The position numbers were made by a program, and so were the translations under genes. Below, in pieces: positions 10,737 to 24,467 of a stretch of DNA of 64,000 bases (the first letter of the stretch is position 1; the number at the start of each line of letters is the position of its first letter). The stretch is from Oculina patagonica (taxonomy: Eukaryota): positions 20,336,001-20,400,000 of the forward strand of contig NC_135761.1 in the NCBI RefSeq assembly GCF_052425735.1, written 5' to 3'. The notes beneath the pieces are model-generated. The model was not told where the DNA came from. It did not search any database and worked only from the letters and a program-made list of their open reading frames with translations.

Positions 10737-13332
10737 TTATGCTATGCCAAAACACTTTAGTTTTCCCAGAGTATGGTAACCTTGCTCGCTACTACCCCCT
10801 GTATCTCCAAACCTGAGCTGTTTAACTGGAAGATGTGTCTTGTCAGTCAAGAGACCGCTGTCTTCACGCCATACATAGTTATTTGCATCACAGTTACAAC
10901 CTCGACTGGAGACTGCACATGAGTTGGTCATCCCGCATGCGCACTTACCACTGCCAGGTGATGCTCCGCCCCAGTACGTCATCTTAGTAGAATCACGTGA
11001 CACCCACCAGGCATCACTCCCTATCACTGAACCATAACACTCGTACTTGATAAACTGTTCACAGTGTGTGGAGACTCTGGTGAGACTCGCTAGCTGGGAC
11101 AGGCTTGCTCCTGTATAATGAATGTTACGTGAGTAACAACCTTGAGGTTCACATCCGTCCACGTGCGTTCTGCTCTCACTGTCGTGACTTATCACTGTCA
11201 CGCCAACTCCATTCTTGTCACTCATGTCACAGTAAACTAAAAATGGTGCCAGGCCTCCTGCGCCATCCGGATCAATGAGGTAATTTCCGCTTACAGTGCT
11301 GACGTGTTTTCTGGTTACAGAACACGATGTTGCAATAACTGGGGAATTGATTTTGACCTTGGCTTCTATTATTGACAAAGCATTAGTCGCTCTACAGGTG
11401 TAAGATCCTTCGTGTGATTTCTTCACGTTGTGAATTAAAAGTGTTCCATTCGGTAGAAAACTTGAGTCAGCAGAAAGTGAAGACTGTCCATCTTTCTTCC
11501 ATGTGATTGTAGTTCTCAGGTCACTCTCGGCCACACACGATAGATAAACCGTTGCAAACATACTGGGAGTCACCTCTTTAGGAGGACGGACTTTAAAACG
11601 TAGAGGAGGAAATACCGTCAGTTGAGCAGTGTCTGTTACTGATCCAAGAATATTCTCCGCTTTACAAATGTATAGTCCACCGTCCTTTCTTGTCACACTG
11701 TAGATTGTCAGCGTTCCATTCAACATTTCTGTTCTGACTTCAGGTAAACTGTCAACTGCTCTGGACCACGTGATACCGGGAAGCGGCTGGCCAGTAGCAG
11801 TGCAGGCGATGGTAACGTCTTGTTTTTCTTCAGCAATCAATCGATTAGAAGATAATAAAAGTGTAGGAGCGACTGTTGAGAAACAAGGAAATTTTATTCT
11901 TTGGGAAACATATGGCGAATGCACTGAACTAAATAAGGTTTCATTCTATATACTCTTCCGACAAGAAAATTATCTTTCTGAAAAACGACTGAATTGATAT
12001 TTTGGATTAATAAAGTGCTTGAGTAACGGTTTTCATTTTGCCCTCAACTGGCCTTAACCCCAAAACGCCATCTTAACAAAGGGCCTGTTTTTCAGGATCA
12101 ACCACAACTACTCGGCACTAAATATCTTAATTATACAACTTACACTGGACAGTTAATTTCGCCGAGGCGTTCACTTGTCCCAGCAAATTTTCAGCTTTGC
12201 ACCTGTAAACTCCTTCGTCTCCACGTCTAACGTTTTTGACAATCAGAGCGCCACTGGACTCTACCACGTGACGACCTACAGGAAGCGATGAACTGAGCTT
12301 AGCCCACGTGACCTTTGGACTTGGATTTCCATCCGCTGTACATTTCAAGATGGTTGTCTGACTTTCATTGACTGTCGTTTCAACAGGACTCTGCAGCAGG
12401 GATGGAGCCGAGATGGACTGGCCTGGCTCCCCCTTGTTACCTTTCATACCCGGTGGACCTCTAGGTCCTACCGTACCTGGGTCGCCCGGCACTCCGACAT
12501 CCCCCTTTATGCCCATCGGCCCTTGAACTCCTATTGGTCCATGTTTACCGGGAGGTCCGTTTGTCCCGGGTCTTCCTGGGGGACCTGGCTTCCCTCGGGT
12601 TCCCGCTCTTCTGCGTCGTCCCGTGTTACCTTTTGGTCCTGTGCGGCAGAGCGTCTGATCTTTAGCACAGACTTGGTCTTGCAACAGTCCAAATTCTTGT
12701 TTGATCAGTACTTGTACTTCAGAAGCTGTTAGGGTTGATTTCTGTTGTGAATCATCCGTCGAAGAGCGTTTCTGTCTTGAGATTGTCTCTTGTTCACCTT
12801 TGAAATTAAAGTTATTTGTTTAACATCGTACACTGTGAACCATTCTTTGACATTCAGCGGTTGGTATGATGCAACATATTCAGCCTATTTCCGCTTTTAT
12901 TTGTCAATGTAAATTACTGACTTAAATCATAGCTCTGCTCTGTGAGAATAGGGCATAACAATGTACTCTTTTTAATTATTGTATCTATTCGTGTTAGGTA
13001 AACCATTCCAATAAAAACATGTTCCTCTGTGAAAATCTTGAAAATCTCAGTAACGTAACTATTAACATACCTTTGGAGGCTTGCCAATGGCGGCCTGAAG
13101 TCAAAACATGCCGTCTTTCGTAATTTTGTTGTACTTTTCGAAGGATTTCTGTCTCCATCCTATCACAGAATGTTACTGAGTGTGATATCAGTCGATAATG
13201 TTCTTGTATTCTGAGTTCCACGTGAATTAGCGCGATACAACACACAACAGACAACAGCAAGCCTGACGCGGAACACAAGCGGTGCAGTGTTTGTTTTCTC
13301 TTCGTCTGATTCTTTTCTTTGTTTTGTTTCAT
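10737..13332 (-). CDS. Copy 2 of the CniFL-like gene, 683 aa; exons 13071-13332, 12144-12797, 10737-11872
   Basis: Same splice sites and phases as copy 1, open frame. One collagen Gly is replaced by Arg (GRR-RRA-GTR). Confidence 0.9.
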
Positions 13333-15247
13333 CGTCACTGCAAACTTGCGATGTCAAATTGATGCAAACGGCGTTTTCTTTACTCTGAGCTGCTAACAGA
13401 ATAGTTCACTGTGAGTGAAAAGACGATGCAAAACTGATGGTCCGATTTTCACTGACGTGTAACACGAATCTTTCTTATCTTTAAGTTACCGATATGAGTG
13501 GTAAAAATAGAAAGATGTGTTTGTGCTTGTTGTGAAGATTCAGTATCACAGGAAGTATATCATGATCTTACTGGGGTCAAAGTAATTTACCACAACATCT
13601 GTCTGACACCGCCAGTGGTTGCTCGAGTTTGAGGGGGAGAAATGGCACAGGAGGGGAGGGGAGGGGAGGAGAGTGACGTGTTATCGGGAACGACAGTTGT
13701 GCAACAACTGGTTACTGTCGAATCTGGAAGAACTTATTACATTTAGTAAATTACCTTCGTTTATTGATCACTATGAATGACCGACAATGCAAAGTGCCAA
13801 TTTTACTCTTGGTGACATTCCTATGTTCTTCGGCAAGCTCCTAAAGAATCTTTCTTCTTAGTTATGTCTTCTTTTATTGGTTTCTTCGTTCAAAGCGTCT
13901 CAGCGTTCGGCGAAAGAGCGAAGCAAGGTACATTATCACTTTAAGGTACTGCTCAATAGCTTTTTTTAATTTTCACACACTAGCTAGGGTTTTTAAATCC
14001 AGTGACCTAAAAGTTGAAACCACCATGTACCCGGCGGGGCAACTGTTTTTTTTTTTAGTTTTTTTTTTCTCTTTTTTTTCTTTAGTTTTCTTAGTTTTCT
14101 AGTTTTCTAGTTTTCCTGGCGGGGGCAACTGCCCTCTCGACCCCCACCCCTCCCCCCTCCCCTCCCCCCCCCCCCATACGCATACTACTCACACAGGGTT
14201 GTTCAACACGTTGAAACTACTTATCAATCGCTTTCATTTGGATGGTCACACACTAGGGTTTTTTCATATGCAGAAAGTTAGGGCCATTGTACAGCGCAAT
14301 AAAGAGCACGACGCGAAAACAAACTGTTTAATAGCTTGTTTTTGAATGGTTACACATGCACGTTATATTTTTATCAACAGACGTTCAAGGTAGTACATAT
14401 TAGCACAGTTTAACCAGGGTTATTTTCTGAGAGTGGAAGAGGTAAACAAATCCTCTTCAATCTGAATATCGTATCAAAACATTCATCACAACAGCTTTTA
14501 TTATTTACTACGACTGCATTTCAATCTTTGTAGGTAAAATCATTGTTCTTAAACAAAAATTAATAAATCACGCGAATAAAAGAGGTTTACTGCCTCTGGG
14601 TACTTTACGCCATTGAGAGAGCCTTCTCCGTGGCATGCTCTAAATGTAGATTTGTATTCTGTGAACAAAGCACCATGGAGCACCATGAAGCTAGGCCCAG
14701 ACTGAGGACCAGATTGCACGACATGTGTCGTACCATCAGGCTTGCCTCTAACAGAATGCTGGGTACCACCGCCATATGTTGCTGAAATCCGTATAGCAAG
14801 TGGATTCGAACCCAGTTACAGGCACGCGCTTAGCTTCCTTGGAATTTTCGATCGAGCGCGAACAATACACATTGTCGAAAAGCAAGGTCTATGTATTCGC
14901 CTCAATACTTAAATGAAGTTTTTGTGCACTAAGGTTGAAATAGTGCACGAGCAGCTTTACTGGGAGCAATAAAAATAAAATTCAAGAAAAAGAAACATTT
15001 TTTACTTTATTTTCTTCATTTGCAATTGTACGCAATACAAGAAGATGTAACTTCACATTGTCACTAAGTGGCACAGAGTATTTACCTTTTTGTTGCTGTT
15101 ATACTTTGAAGATAATAGGATTTAAACAAACAGTTCAATGATTCTTATATTATTATCGCTACCTTTATGCTTCTAGGAACCGTTTTTGCGGGCTATGTGT
15201 TCCTATTTTTATTATGCATTTTCTGCTTATAACAAGGCTACGTTTAA

Positions 15248-16095
15248 GGAGGCTCGATGTAGCTTTTCTAGCCTAAGGGTGGTTGTTTTGAAAATTAAAA
15301 TTATCTAGGAAGCCAATGTTCGATTCTTGCCAAAATACACCATAATGATCAAATATGACCAAATTTTATTTTTTTACCCGTCACTTTGCCACAAAGGTTA
15401 CCATAGCAACCATTGACGTTTTCTTTTGTTCTCAAACAAGCTTGATTTTCTCGAAATCTAGACTGACTCTTGGTATTCATTTTTTGATATGTTTAAGTAT
15501 AGTAGATTGACTACCTGTACACAAAATTTTAGGAAAATCTGTAAGAGCGTTTTAGAGTAAATCAAGAATGAAGTTTTTGGTATTTTCTTATAATTTCCTT
15601 CAATCGGCAATCGATATATTTTAACAAATTAAAGCAAAAAGTCTTTCGCTTTTAGTTAATGGTCTTGGATGGTGTAAGTATTTATATTTCAGTGAAAGTA
15701 ACTGTGCTCAAATAATACGAAACAATTTTAAAGCGACTATTTTATATTAAAACGGTGTTTTTCTGAAATTTTTATTCTTGATTTACTTGAAAGCGCTCTT
15801 ACAGATTTTTCTAAAATTTCGTCAACAGTTAGTCAATCTACTAAACTTTAACATATAAAAAATGAATACCAAGAGTCAGTCTAGATTTCGAGAAAATCAA
15901 GCTTGTTTGAGAACAAAAGAAAACGCCAATCGTTGCTATGGTAACCTTTTTGACTAAGTGACAGGTAAAAAAAATAAAATTTGGTCATATTTGATCATTA
16001 TGGTGTATTTTGGCAAAAATCAAACATTGGCTTCCTAGATAATTTTAATTTTCAAAACAACCACCCTTAGGCTAGAAAAACTACATCGAGCCTCC
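15248..16095. mobile_element. Kolobok-like MITE with ~300-bp TIRs and TTAA target-site duplication
   Basis: TTAA|ggaggctcgatgtag...ctacatcgagcctcc|TTAA. The paralogous spacer near 41368 has a single TTAA (empty site). Confidence 0.9.
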
Positions 16096-16179
16096 TTAAA
16101 GGTGTAACAAAGAAATGATGACCATTGTTTTTAATTTTCCGATTATTACTTTTTCTGACAGTTTATTCTTTTCATTTTG

Positions 16180-16220
16180 GAACTTGAAAATGGTGTCATG
16201 ACGACTCCGAAACGTCGTTC
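16180..16220 (+). ncRNA. Degenerate minimal type I hammerhead-like motif (Penelope-type), U3:A8 core variant
   Basis: Stem I GAAC/GUUC, core UUGAAAA plus an extra U, stem II GGUGUC/GACUCC (1 mismatch), GAA, palindromic ACGU stem III, C17. Confidence 0.45.
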
Positions 16221-16385
16221 GATTTTATCGTTTATTTTCACTTGCCTTGTATGTCTAAACCTGTGCTTATAAGGATGATTAGAAAGCTACACTTAAAGTT
16301 GTAACAGAAAGTGATGGAGACCATTGCGAATATTACCATAACTGTTGTTGCTTTCTTTGAGAGTACTGTAACTGTTTTTAAATGT

Positions 16386-19144
16386 CTATGCTATGCCATA
16401 GCACTTTAGTTTTCCCAGCGTGTGGTAACCTTGCTCGTCATTTTCACCTATATCTCCAAACCTGAGCTGTTTAACTGGAAGATGTGTCTTGTCAGTGAGG
16501 AGACCGCTGTCTTCACGCCATACATCGTCATTGTTATCACAGTTACAATTACGACCATTTACACATGAGTTGGTCATCCCGCATGTGCACTTACCACTTC
16601 CAGGTGATGCTCCGCCCCAGTATTTCATCTTAGTAGAGTCACGTGACACCCACCAGGCATGGTCAGGTTCGTACCTGAATATCGCTGATGCATAGCACTC
16701 GTACTTGATAAACTGTTCACAGTGTGAGGAGACTCTGGTAAGACTCGTTAGCTGGGACAAGCTTGTTCCTGTGTAATGAATATCACGTGAATAACAACCA
16801 GAATCTTCGCATCCATGCACGTGCATTCTGCTCTCACTGTCGTGACTTATCACTGTCACGCCAACTCCGTTCTTGTCACTCATATCACAGTAAACTGTAA
16901 ATGGTGCCAGGCCTCCTTCGCCATCCGGATCAATGACGTAATTTCCACTTACAGTGCTGACGTGTTTTCTGATCACAGAACACGAAGGCGCAACCACTTT
17001 GACTTTGACTTTGGCTTCTATTGTTGACAGAGCATTGGTTGCTTTGCAGGTGTAAGATCCTTCAAGTGATTTCTTGATGTTATGAATCAGCAGTGTTTGA
17101 TTTTGTAGAACATTGGACTCTACAGGAAGTGAAGACTTACCATCCTTTGTCCAAGTGATTGTAGTTCTCAGGTCACTCTCGGCCACACATGGTAGGTGAA
17201 CACTTAGTCCAATCAAAGGAGTCACCTCTTGAGGAGGACGGACTTTGAACCGCAGAGGTGGAAATACCACGACTAGAGCAGTGTCTATTGCTGATCCAAG
17301 AATATTCTCCGCTTTACAAATATATAGTCCACCGTCCTTTCTTGTCACACTGTTGATTGTCAGAGTTCCATTCACCACATCAGTTCTGTCCTTAGGCAAA
17401 CTACCCCCTGCTCTAGACCACGTGATGCTGGGAAGCGGCTGACCAGTAGCACTGCAGGCAATGCGGACGTTCTGTTTCTCCTCAGCAATCAATCGGTTGG
17501 ATGACAATAATAGTTTGGGAGCGACTATCGAGAAAAAAAGGAGAAATATATATTTTCATGGGGTGAAACAATGGCGAATGCACCTTACTGGATGAATTTT
17601 TATGCAATATTTTCTTTATATACAATTTATAGATCTTTTTATGCTTGTTAAATTATAGCCGGTCATGTGCAGGTTCTTTCAGATTTAAATTTTATGGGAT
17701 GAAGCAACACCTGATAAGAAAAGTTTTTCTCTTAAATACGACTTCATAGTTTGGATGAAAGTACTTCTGAAGTTGCGTTATCTTTTCATATTTCGCATCG
17801 GCTAAAACAACGACTTTTTACCCCAAAAGACCTATCTTTACACTGCAAAGGGCTTCTTTTCCAGCATCATCCACAAGTATTTGCCACTAAATATCTAAAT
17901 TATATGAAAACTTACACTGGACAGTTAATTTTGCCGAGGCGATCACTTGTCCCAGTAAATTTTCAGCTTTGCAGCTGTAAACTCCTTCGTCTCCAGGTCT
18001 AACGTCCTTCACAATCAGAGCGTCACTGGACTCTACCACGTGACGACCAACAGTAAGCGTTGAATTGCGCTTCGACCACGTGACTTTTGGAGTTGGGTAA
18101 CCATCCGCTGTACACTTCAAGATGGCCGTCTGACTTTCATTGACTGTCATTCCAACAGGACGCTGCAGCAGAGAAGGAGCCGAGATGGACTGTCCTGGCT
18201 CCCCCTTGTTACCTTTCATACTCGTCGGGCCTCTAGGTCCCACGGGACCTGGATCGCCAGGAACTCCTATATCCCCCTTTATGCCCATGGGTCCTTGAAC
18301 ACCTATTGGTCCATGTTTTCCTGGAGATCCGTTTGTCCCGTGTCTCCCTGGGGGGCCTGGCTTCCCTCGGGTTCCCGGTCTTCCTCGTCGTCCCGTGTTG
18401 CCTTTTGGTCCTGTACGGCAGAGCGTGTAATCTTTAGCACAGACTTGGTATTGCAGCAGCCCGAGTTCTTGTTTGATCAGTACTTGTACATCAGAGGCGG
18501 TAAGGGTTGATTTTTGTTGTGAATCATCGGACGAAGAGCGTTTCTGTCTTGAGATGGTCTCCTGTTCACCTTTGAAATTAAAGTTATTTTTTAACATCGT
18601 ACACTGTGAACCATTCTTTGACATTCAGCGGTTGGTATGAAGCAACCTATTTCCGCTTTGATTTGTCACTGTGTGCCTAACTGACTTAGATACTAGCTAG
18701 CTCTCCTCTGGGAGAATAGCGCCATATCAATGTTCTCTTTTAAAATTGTAACTATTCGTGTTAGAAAAACCATTCCACAAAAAGCATGTTCCTTCGTGGA
18801 CAGTAGGCGCACCAGAACAACTGACAAATTACACAAGAACCTATGCTCCTGAAAATCTAAGTAACGTAACTTAACACACCTTTGGCCGCTTGCCAATGGC
18901 GGCCTGTAGTCATAGCATTCCATCTTTCGTAATTTTGTTGTACTTTTCGCAGGAGTTTTGTCTCCATCTTATCACAGAATATTACTGAGTGTGATATCAG
19001 TCGATGATGTTCTTGTATTCTGAGTTCCACGTGAATTAGCGCGACACAACACACAACAGACAACAGCAAACCCGACGCGGAACACAAGCGGTGCAGTGTT
19101 TGCTTTCTGTTCATCTGCTTCTTTTCTTTATCTTGGTGTTTCAT
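16386..19144 (-). CDS. Copy 3 of the CniFL-like gene, 685 aa; exons 18880-19144, 17916-18569, 16386-17524
   Basis: Conserved splice sites and open frame. Collagen Gly to Ser (GPT-SMK). Confidence 0.9.
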
Positions 19145-19724
19145 CGTCGCAACTGTCACTGCAATCTTGCGATGTCAAACCGATGTAAACGGCGTTTTGT
19201 TTACTCTTTGAGTTGCTTACAGATAAGTCCGCTGTGAGCTTAATCGATCAGTGAAAGGACGATGTCAAATTGATGATCCGATTTTTTATTGAGACTCGCA
19301 AATGTAACACGAATCTTAATGTTAACCGATGCGGTACAAAAATAGAAACATTTGTCTGTGCTCGTTATGACGTCTCAATATCACAGGAAGTATATTATTT
19401 TCTTACTAAGGTCACATTTTTTTACCACACACATTGACCACAGCGTCTGAGCTGAAGCTGGTTGGTGCACGTGTTTAGGGAGGGGAGGGTAAATATTGTC
19501 GGTTGGAAAGTTGTAAAAATTATCAGTGTTACACATAAGTTTAGAAGATTTCATATGCAACAATTGTAAAAAGCTACATGGTTACTTCAGTTCATTGATC
19601 ATTGCGGGCTGTAGATTTCACGAAAAATTGATATTATAACTTATTTCGAACTTTGTAGCCCATCCTTCGTCTTTTGCTGAGCAATATTCTTCTGACAATT
19701 CAACTGAACTTTCATCTGCCATAT

Positions 19725-19814
19725 TAGCCTGTTCCAGGCTCTCGGTAGTTTTTTTCCTCGCTTGCCCGCGTTTTTCGCTTTCCCTTTCAACTACCGAGAG
19801 CCTGGAACAGGCAA
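19725..19814. mobile_element. 90-bp hairpin MITE (hAT-like ends)
   Basis: tagcctgttccaggctctcggtagt / actaccgagagcctggaacaggcaa, with an imperfect ctgccatat/ctcccatat flank duplication. Absent at the paralogous site near 44905. Confidence 0.75.
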
Positions 19815-22719
19815 CTCCCATATAAACCTTTTGACAGTATTATTAAAGGGTCTCAAAGCGCAAGCGTGGTTGTGGAACGAAAAATCCGATGTCTCCATGT
19901 ACGAAAAAAAATTTCGAACAGGATTCCCTCTAATTCGTCGGTTTAAAAGAGTGAATAGAATATGTATGCACGTCCGTCGAAACAGTATGCTTGGAAGTGG
20001 ATTCGAACCCATTTTCCGTCGCACACTTAGATTCCTTGTGATTTTAGATCAAGCACGTATTCTGATCCACTTAAAGTAAAAACAGCTAGGGTCTATGTGT
20101 TCTCCTCACGTAAATAAATTTTCAGCGTGCTCATACGTCTTACCAGTGCCACACAAGAAATTAAAACGGTACAAGCCAATATAAAGGGTAAAATACATTG
20201 TGTAGCGTACAAGCGTCTTTGGTCAGTATAACAGCTTCATTAAATATACTTGGTAAAACACCAAAATGCAGGATTGTGATCGTATAAAATGTGTTCGTGG
20301 CGGCCATGTTGGAGAAGTGAAACAATAAAAGATATTTGTATAAAATGATTTTTTCCCAAAGGAAAATCAATCTATTGTTTCACTCCTCCAATATGGCCGT
20401 CATGAACGTACTCTACACACCAGTTTTTTCGAAGGTGTCACTTCACATTGCAATTATTTTTTACTTCATAGGCACTTAAACAAGGTAACTCCATCAGCTT
20501 TACAATTAAAACTATTATCGATAGATGCCCTGATAAAAAATAAAGAAATAAAATAATAAAAATAATGATAAAAATGAGACGTTTCGTAAGTGAGTCTCAT
20601 TGTAGTGAGGTTGCCATGACAGATCGTGTCCGTTGATGTATTTTGTTTAGCTCACCAATCCACCCAACCATGCGCCAAAGAGTACAAAAGCGTACTTCAC
20701 ATAACACCGTACTGCTATTAAATTAAACTGAAACTGTACAAGAAAAAGCGCCCAATATGTATTTTAGTTCTTTATTTCAAAATGCTTATTTTTTGCGATT
20801 ACATAATCTCGAAAAATGACTTTAATTTCGTGTTTTTGTAGAAAAATTATGCTAAAGGGAAGTAAGTACACGAAAAGTTTCCAACTAATTGCTGATCGAT
20901 ATAAAAAAGATAGTTTCAGAATCGGCGCTACAGATTCCAGTTTTACAAAGCAATTTTTATCCAAGCGATATTGAGCAAAACGATAACAAGACAAAACTAA
21001 AACAGGTTGGCATGTTCGTTTCCAACAAATCATGAAGTCGTACTAACGAGGTTAACGTTTATTAAGATATGTCTTTCCTCTGCTTCATGATATAACAATA
21101 ACTGAGGTACACTGTGATTGTTTACGAAGTTGTTATAAATTGCACATTTTTTTACTATGTGGCACAGAGTTTCTACCTTTTTTCGCTCTAATTATTAGGC
21201 ACAATTATTATCCTCGCTTGCTTCCATGCTTTTATGAACTATTTTTATTATTATCTTGCTTTCCTTATCATTATCTTCAGGTAATTGCAAAGTCACATTT
21301 ACATTTCAAACAAAACTGATTGTGATCATTGCAAATACTAAGTTTGGTGGTGATGTCAGTTCTTTTGAGAGTATCAAAAGGATACTCGAATTTTTATGCT
21401 ATGCCATGGCATTTAAGTTTTCCCAGGGTATGATAACCTTGCTCGCCGCTATCGCCTATATCGCCAAACCTGAGCTGTTTAACTGGAAGATGTGTCTTGT
21501 CATTGAGGAGACCGCTGTCTTCACGCCATACCTTGTCATTCTTATCACAGTTGCAACCATACCTGGAGTCTGCACATGAGTTGGTCATCCCGCATGCGCA
21601 CTTACCACTGCCAGGTGATGCTCCGCCCCAGTAATTCATCTTAGTAGAATCACGTGAGAACCACCAGGCGTGCCCATACAAGACAATCGTTGAAGCATGA
21701 CACTCGTACTTGATAAACTGTTCACAATGCGAGGAGACTCTTGTGAGACTCGCCAGCTGAGACAGACTCGATCCAGTGTAGTGTATGTCACGCCAGTAAC
21801 AACCATCAGGGTTACATCCCCGCACGTGTGTTCTGCTCTCACTGTCATGACTTATTACTGTCACGCCAACTCCATTCTTGTCACTCATGTCACAGTAAAC
21901 TGAAAATGGTGCCAGGCCTCCCGAGCCATCTGGATCAATGACGTAATTTTGGCTTTCACTGGTGGCGTATTTTCTGATCACAGAACAAGAAGTCGCAACA
22001 ACCGGGGAATTGATTTTGACTTTGATCCCTCGTGTGATTTCTTGATGTTCTGAATAAGCACCGTTCCATTCTGTAGAACTTTGGACTCTACAGGAAGTGA
22101 AGTCTTGCCATCCTTTGACCAAATTACTGTGGGTCTCAGGTCGCTCTCGGCCACACACGGTAAGCGAATTGCATGTCCAATCACAGGAGTCACCTCTTGA
22201 GGAGGACGGACTTTAAAATGCAGACGAGAAAATATTACCAGTTGAGCAGTGTCTGTTACTGATCCCAGAATATTCTCAGCTTTACAAATGTATAGTCCAC
22301 CATCCTTTCTTGTCACACTGTAGATTGTCAGCGTTCCATTCATCACTTCTGATCTGTCTTCATTTTTACCCCCCGCTCTGGACCACGTGATCCTGGGAAG
22401 CGGCTGACCAGCAGCCGTGCAGCTGATTGTAAAGTTTTGTTTTTCTTCGGCAATCAATCGATTGGATGATAATAGAAGTGTAGGAGCGACTGTCGAGGAA
22501 CAAAAAAAAGAATTTTATTCTTTGGGAAAACATATGGCGAATGTACTTTACAGAACAAGAACATTGAGAAGCTTGAGAAGCTTAAAATCGGGCGCTTTGC
22601 CTTGAAAGGCAGGGTTCAGTACAGCAGAAACCACGAAGCAGTTACTTAAGTAGCACTCAGTCCGACTGTGTTTGTGTAAGTCACAGGGCTTGCATGAGCT
22701 GTATTAGTGTGCATAATAT

Positions 22720-23036
22720 AATTTATACCATGCCATAGAAAATACAGCCAATCAGAATACAGGAAAGCCGTTGTATATCCGACGGTATTCAACCCAACCT
22801 TCCCATCGTGCGCTGCAATCTTATTCTCGATGAAATTTAGTGAGCGTATTTTCTATGGCATGGTATAAAATAGTTACACAACACTTTCTCGTGGTATACT
22901 ATGGAATATCCCACTTGTCACTTGTATTTTCTTCGTATACACACTCGCCTAAAGGCTCGTGTGTATACCGAGAAAATACAAGTGACTCGTGGGATATTCC
23001 ATAGTATACCACTCGAAAGCGTTGCATAACTAGTAT
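22720..23036. mobile_element. Double-hairpin non-autonomous repeat (cagccaatcaga-containing type)
   Basis: ttataccatgccatagaaaatac / gtattttctatggcatggtataa, plus a second long hairpin at about 22890-23012. Confidence 0.55.
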
Positions 23037-24057
23037 ATCTAGAACGTTGTCGAGATTGCATTATTACTTAATGACATGATGGTTTCAATTTATAAATGTA
23101 TTTCACACAATACAAATAAACGATTGAAGTAGACGACTAGAAAATGTAAAGTTTTAAGACTTAGCAAAGTGCAGTGTATTGGTAATACTGTAAGGTGCGG
23201 TTTCACCTGAAGGTCGTGTGCTTTTCGGTATTTTCCAGGCATTGCACTTTGATGGGACAGTACTACAACTGTTTACCGGGGAACTACTATTGTCAAGAAA
23301 ATGATCACAACTTGTTGATGAATGATTGAACATTTGTTTCATACCATTACTGTAATAGCAATTGATGAAGGCTTTTAGTCCTGAACTAAGGAGTGGGAAA
23401 TACTGAAACCCATTATCAGCCACCTTAAACGGAAATATCTTGTTGGTGTTTCAAGGAATCCAAGGAAACTTCACTCATCCCATGTATCTATGTATTGCGG
23501 TATTTTGTAATTTTTTGAGTGATTTTTGGGGATGTTTGGCAGGTGATAGTTTTTTTAAAAGAATTAGTAAAATTTAGACAACTAAGAAATATTGAAAATT
23601 TAATGTGAATTTAACATTGGAATTTGAAGTTAGAAATTGGCAGACGGACACCAAACAGTCCCGTGACATCCTGGAGTGTTTTTGCATGGGGGTCAACTGT
23701 GTGATAATGTTTCCATTTTTTTCTTCAATCCCCACTGATAAAGAACTGCTGTTGGTGTTATGTTGGTGTTATCACATGTCAAGCCTTTAACAAGGTATGA
23801 AAGAACACAAGGATTTAAATTATTCTGGTGCTCAATTTTTGCGTAACTAAAATTAATGTTACTCAAATTCCTGATGGATTCTGTCTTAAACTGTTACGAG
23901 CTTAGTATTTCCAAATTATTGCATGTCAATGTAAGGCAAGACAAGACATGCCTTGGTTCGTATGTAATTCTCTTAAAAACATATAAGATATTGACTATAA
24001 TTTTGTCTGTGCTATGGCAATTCACAGTGGGGTGGTCTTGATGTGTCTTTAACTTGT

Positions 24058-24128
24058 GGACTGGACTGGACTAGTAAAACGCGGACTAGTAAAACGCGGA
24101 CTAGTAAAACGCGGACTTGTAAAACGCC
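24058..24128 (+). repeat. 15-bp tandem array (GGACTAGTAAAACGC)x~4, inverted counterpart of 29571-29863
   Basis: ggactggactggactagtaaaacgc... is the reverse complement of the end of the 29.6-29.9 kb array. Confidence 0.85.
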
Positions 24129-24467
24129 TCTAGACACTTCCTTGGCCACAATCATCTTACGGCTCTCTTCAATACATAATGTCTCAAAAAAACAGTAACC
24201 TCAGAAAGAAGTCAGAAGCAAATAAGGTCGAAAGACCGAATTTGAACATATATATAACGGCAAATGTTCTAATGTCACGAACGTAGGAGTCGTGTAGGCC
24301 CGTCACCTTTATTTACCACTACCGTAATCGCAGGAAAGAAACAAATTAATTCGAAGTGTGTGGTTTGTGGAACTTATCGTCGAGGATAATCGAATTACAA
24401 GTGAGTCGCGTTTGTGAAGATTGTTTGCTTCGATTATTTTGTGGTAAACGTTTAAGCGTTTTTAGCA

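Noticed and set aside
12217-12225. RGD motif in Ig1 of copy 2
   Set aside because: It arises from a single P>R change in one copy, at the structural D-x-G-x-Y-x-C motif, so it is probably incidental.
14760-14830. tRNA gene suggested by the B-box motif
   Set aside because: No A-box or cloverleaf could be built.
20764-21033. ORF conserved with 46140-46388
   Set aside because: It lies in a duplicated spacer, the two versions diverge in frame at the 3' end, and there is no recognisable domain.
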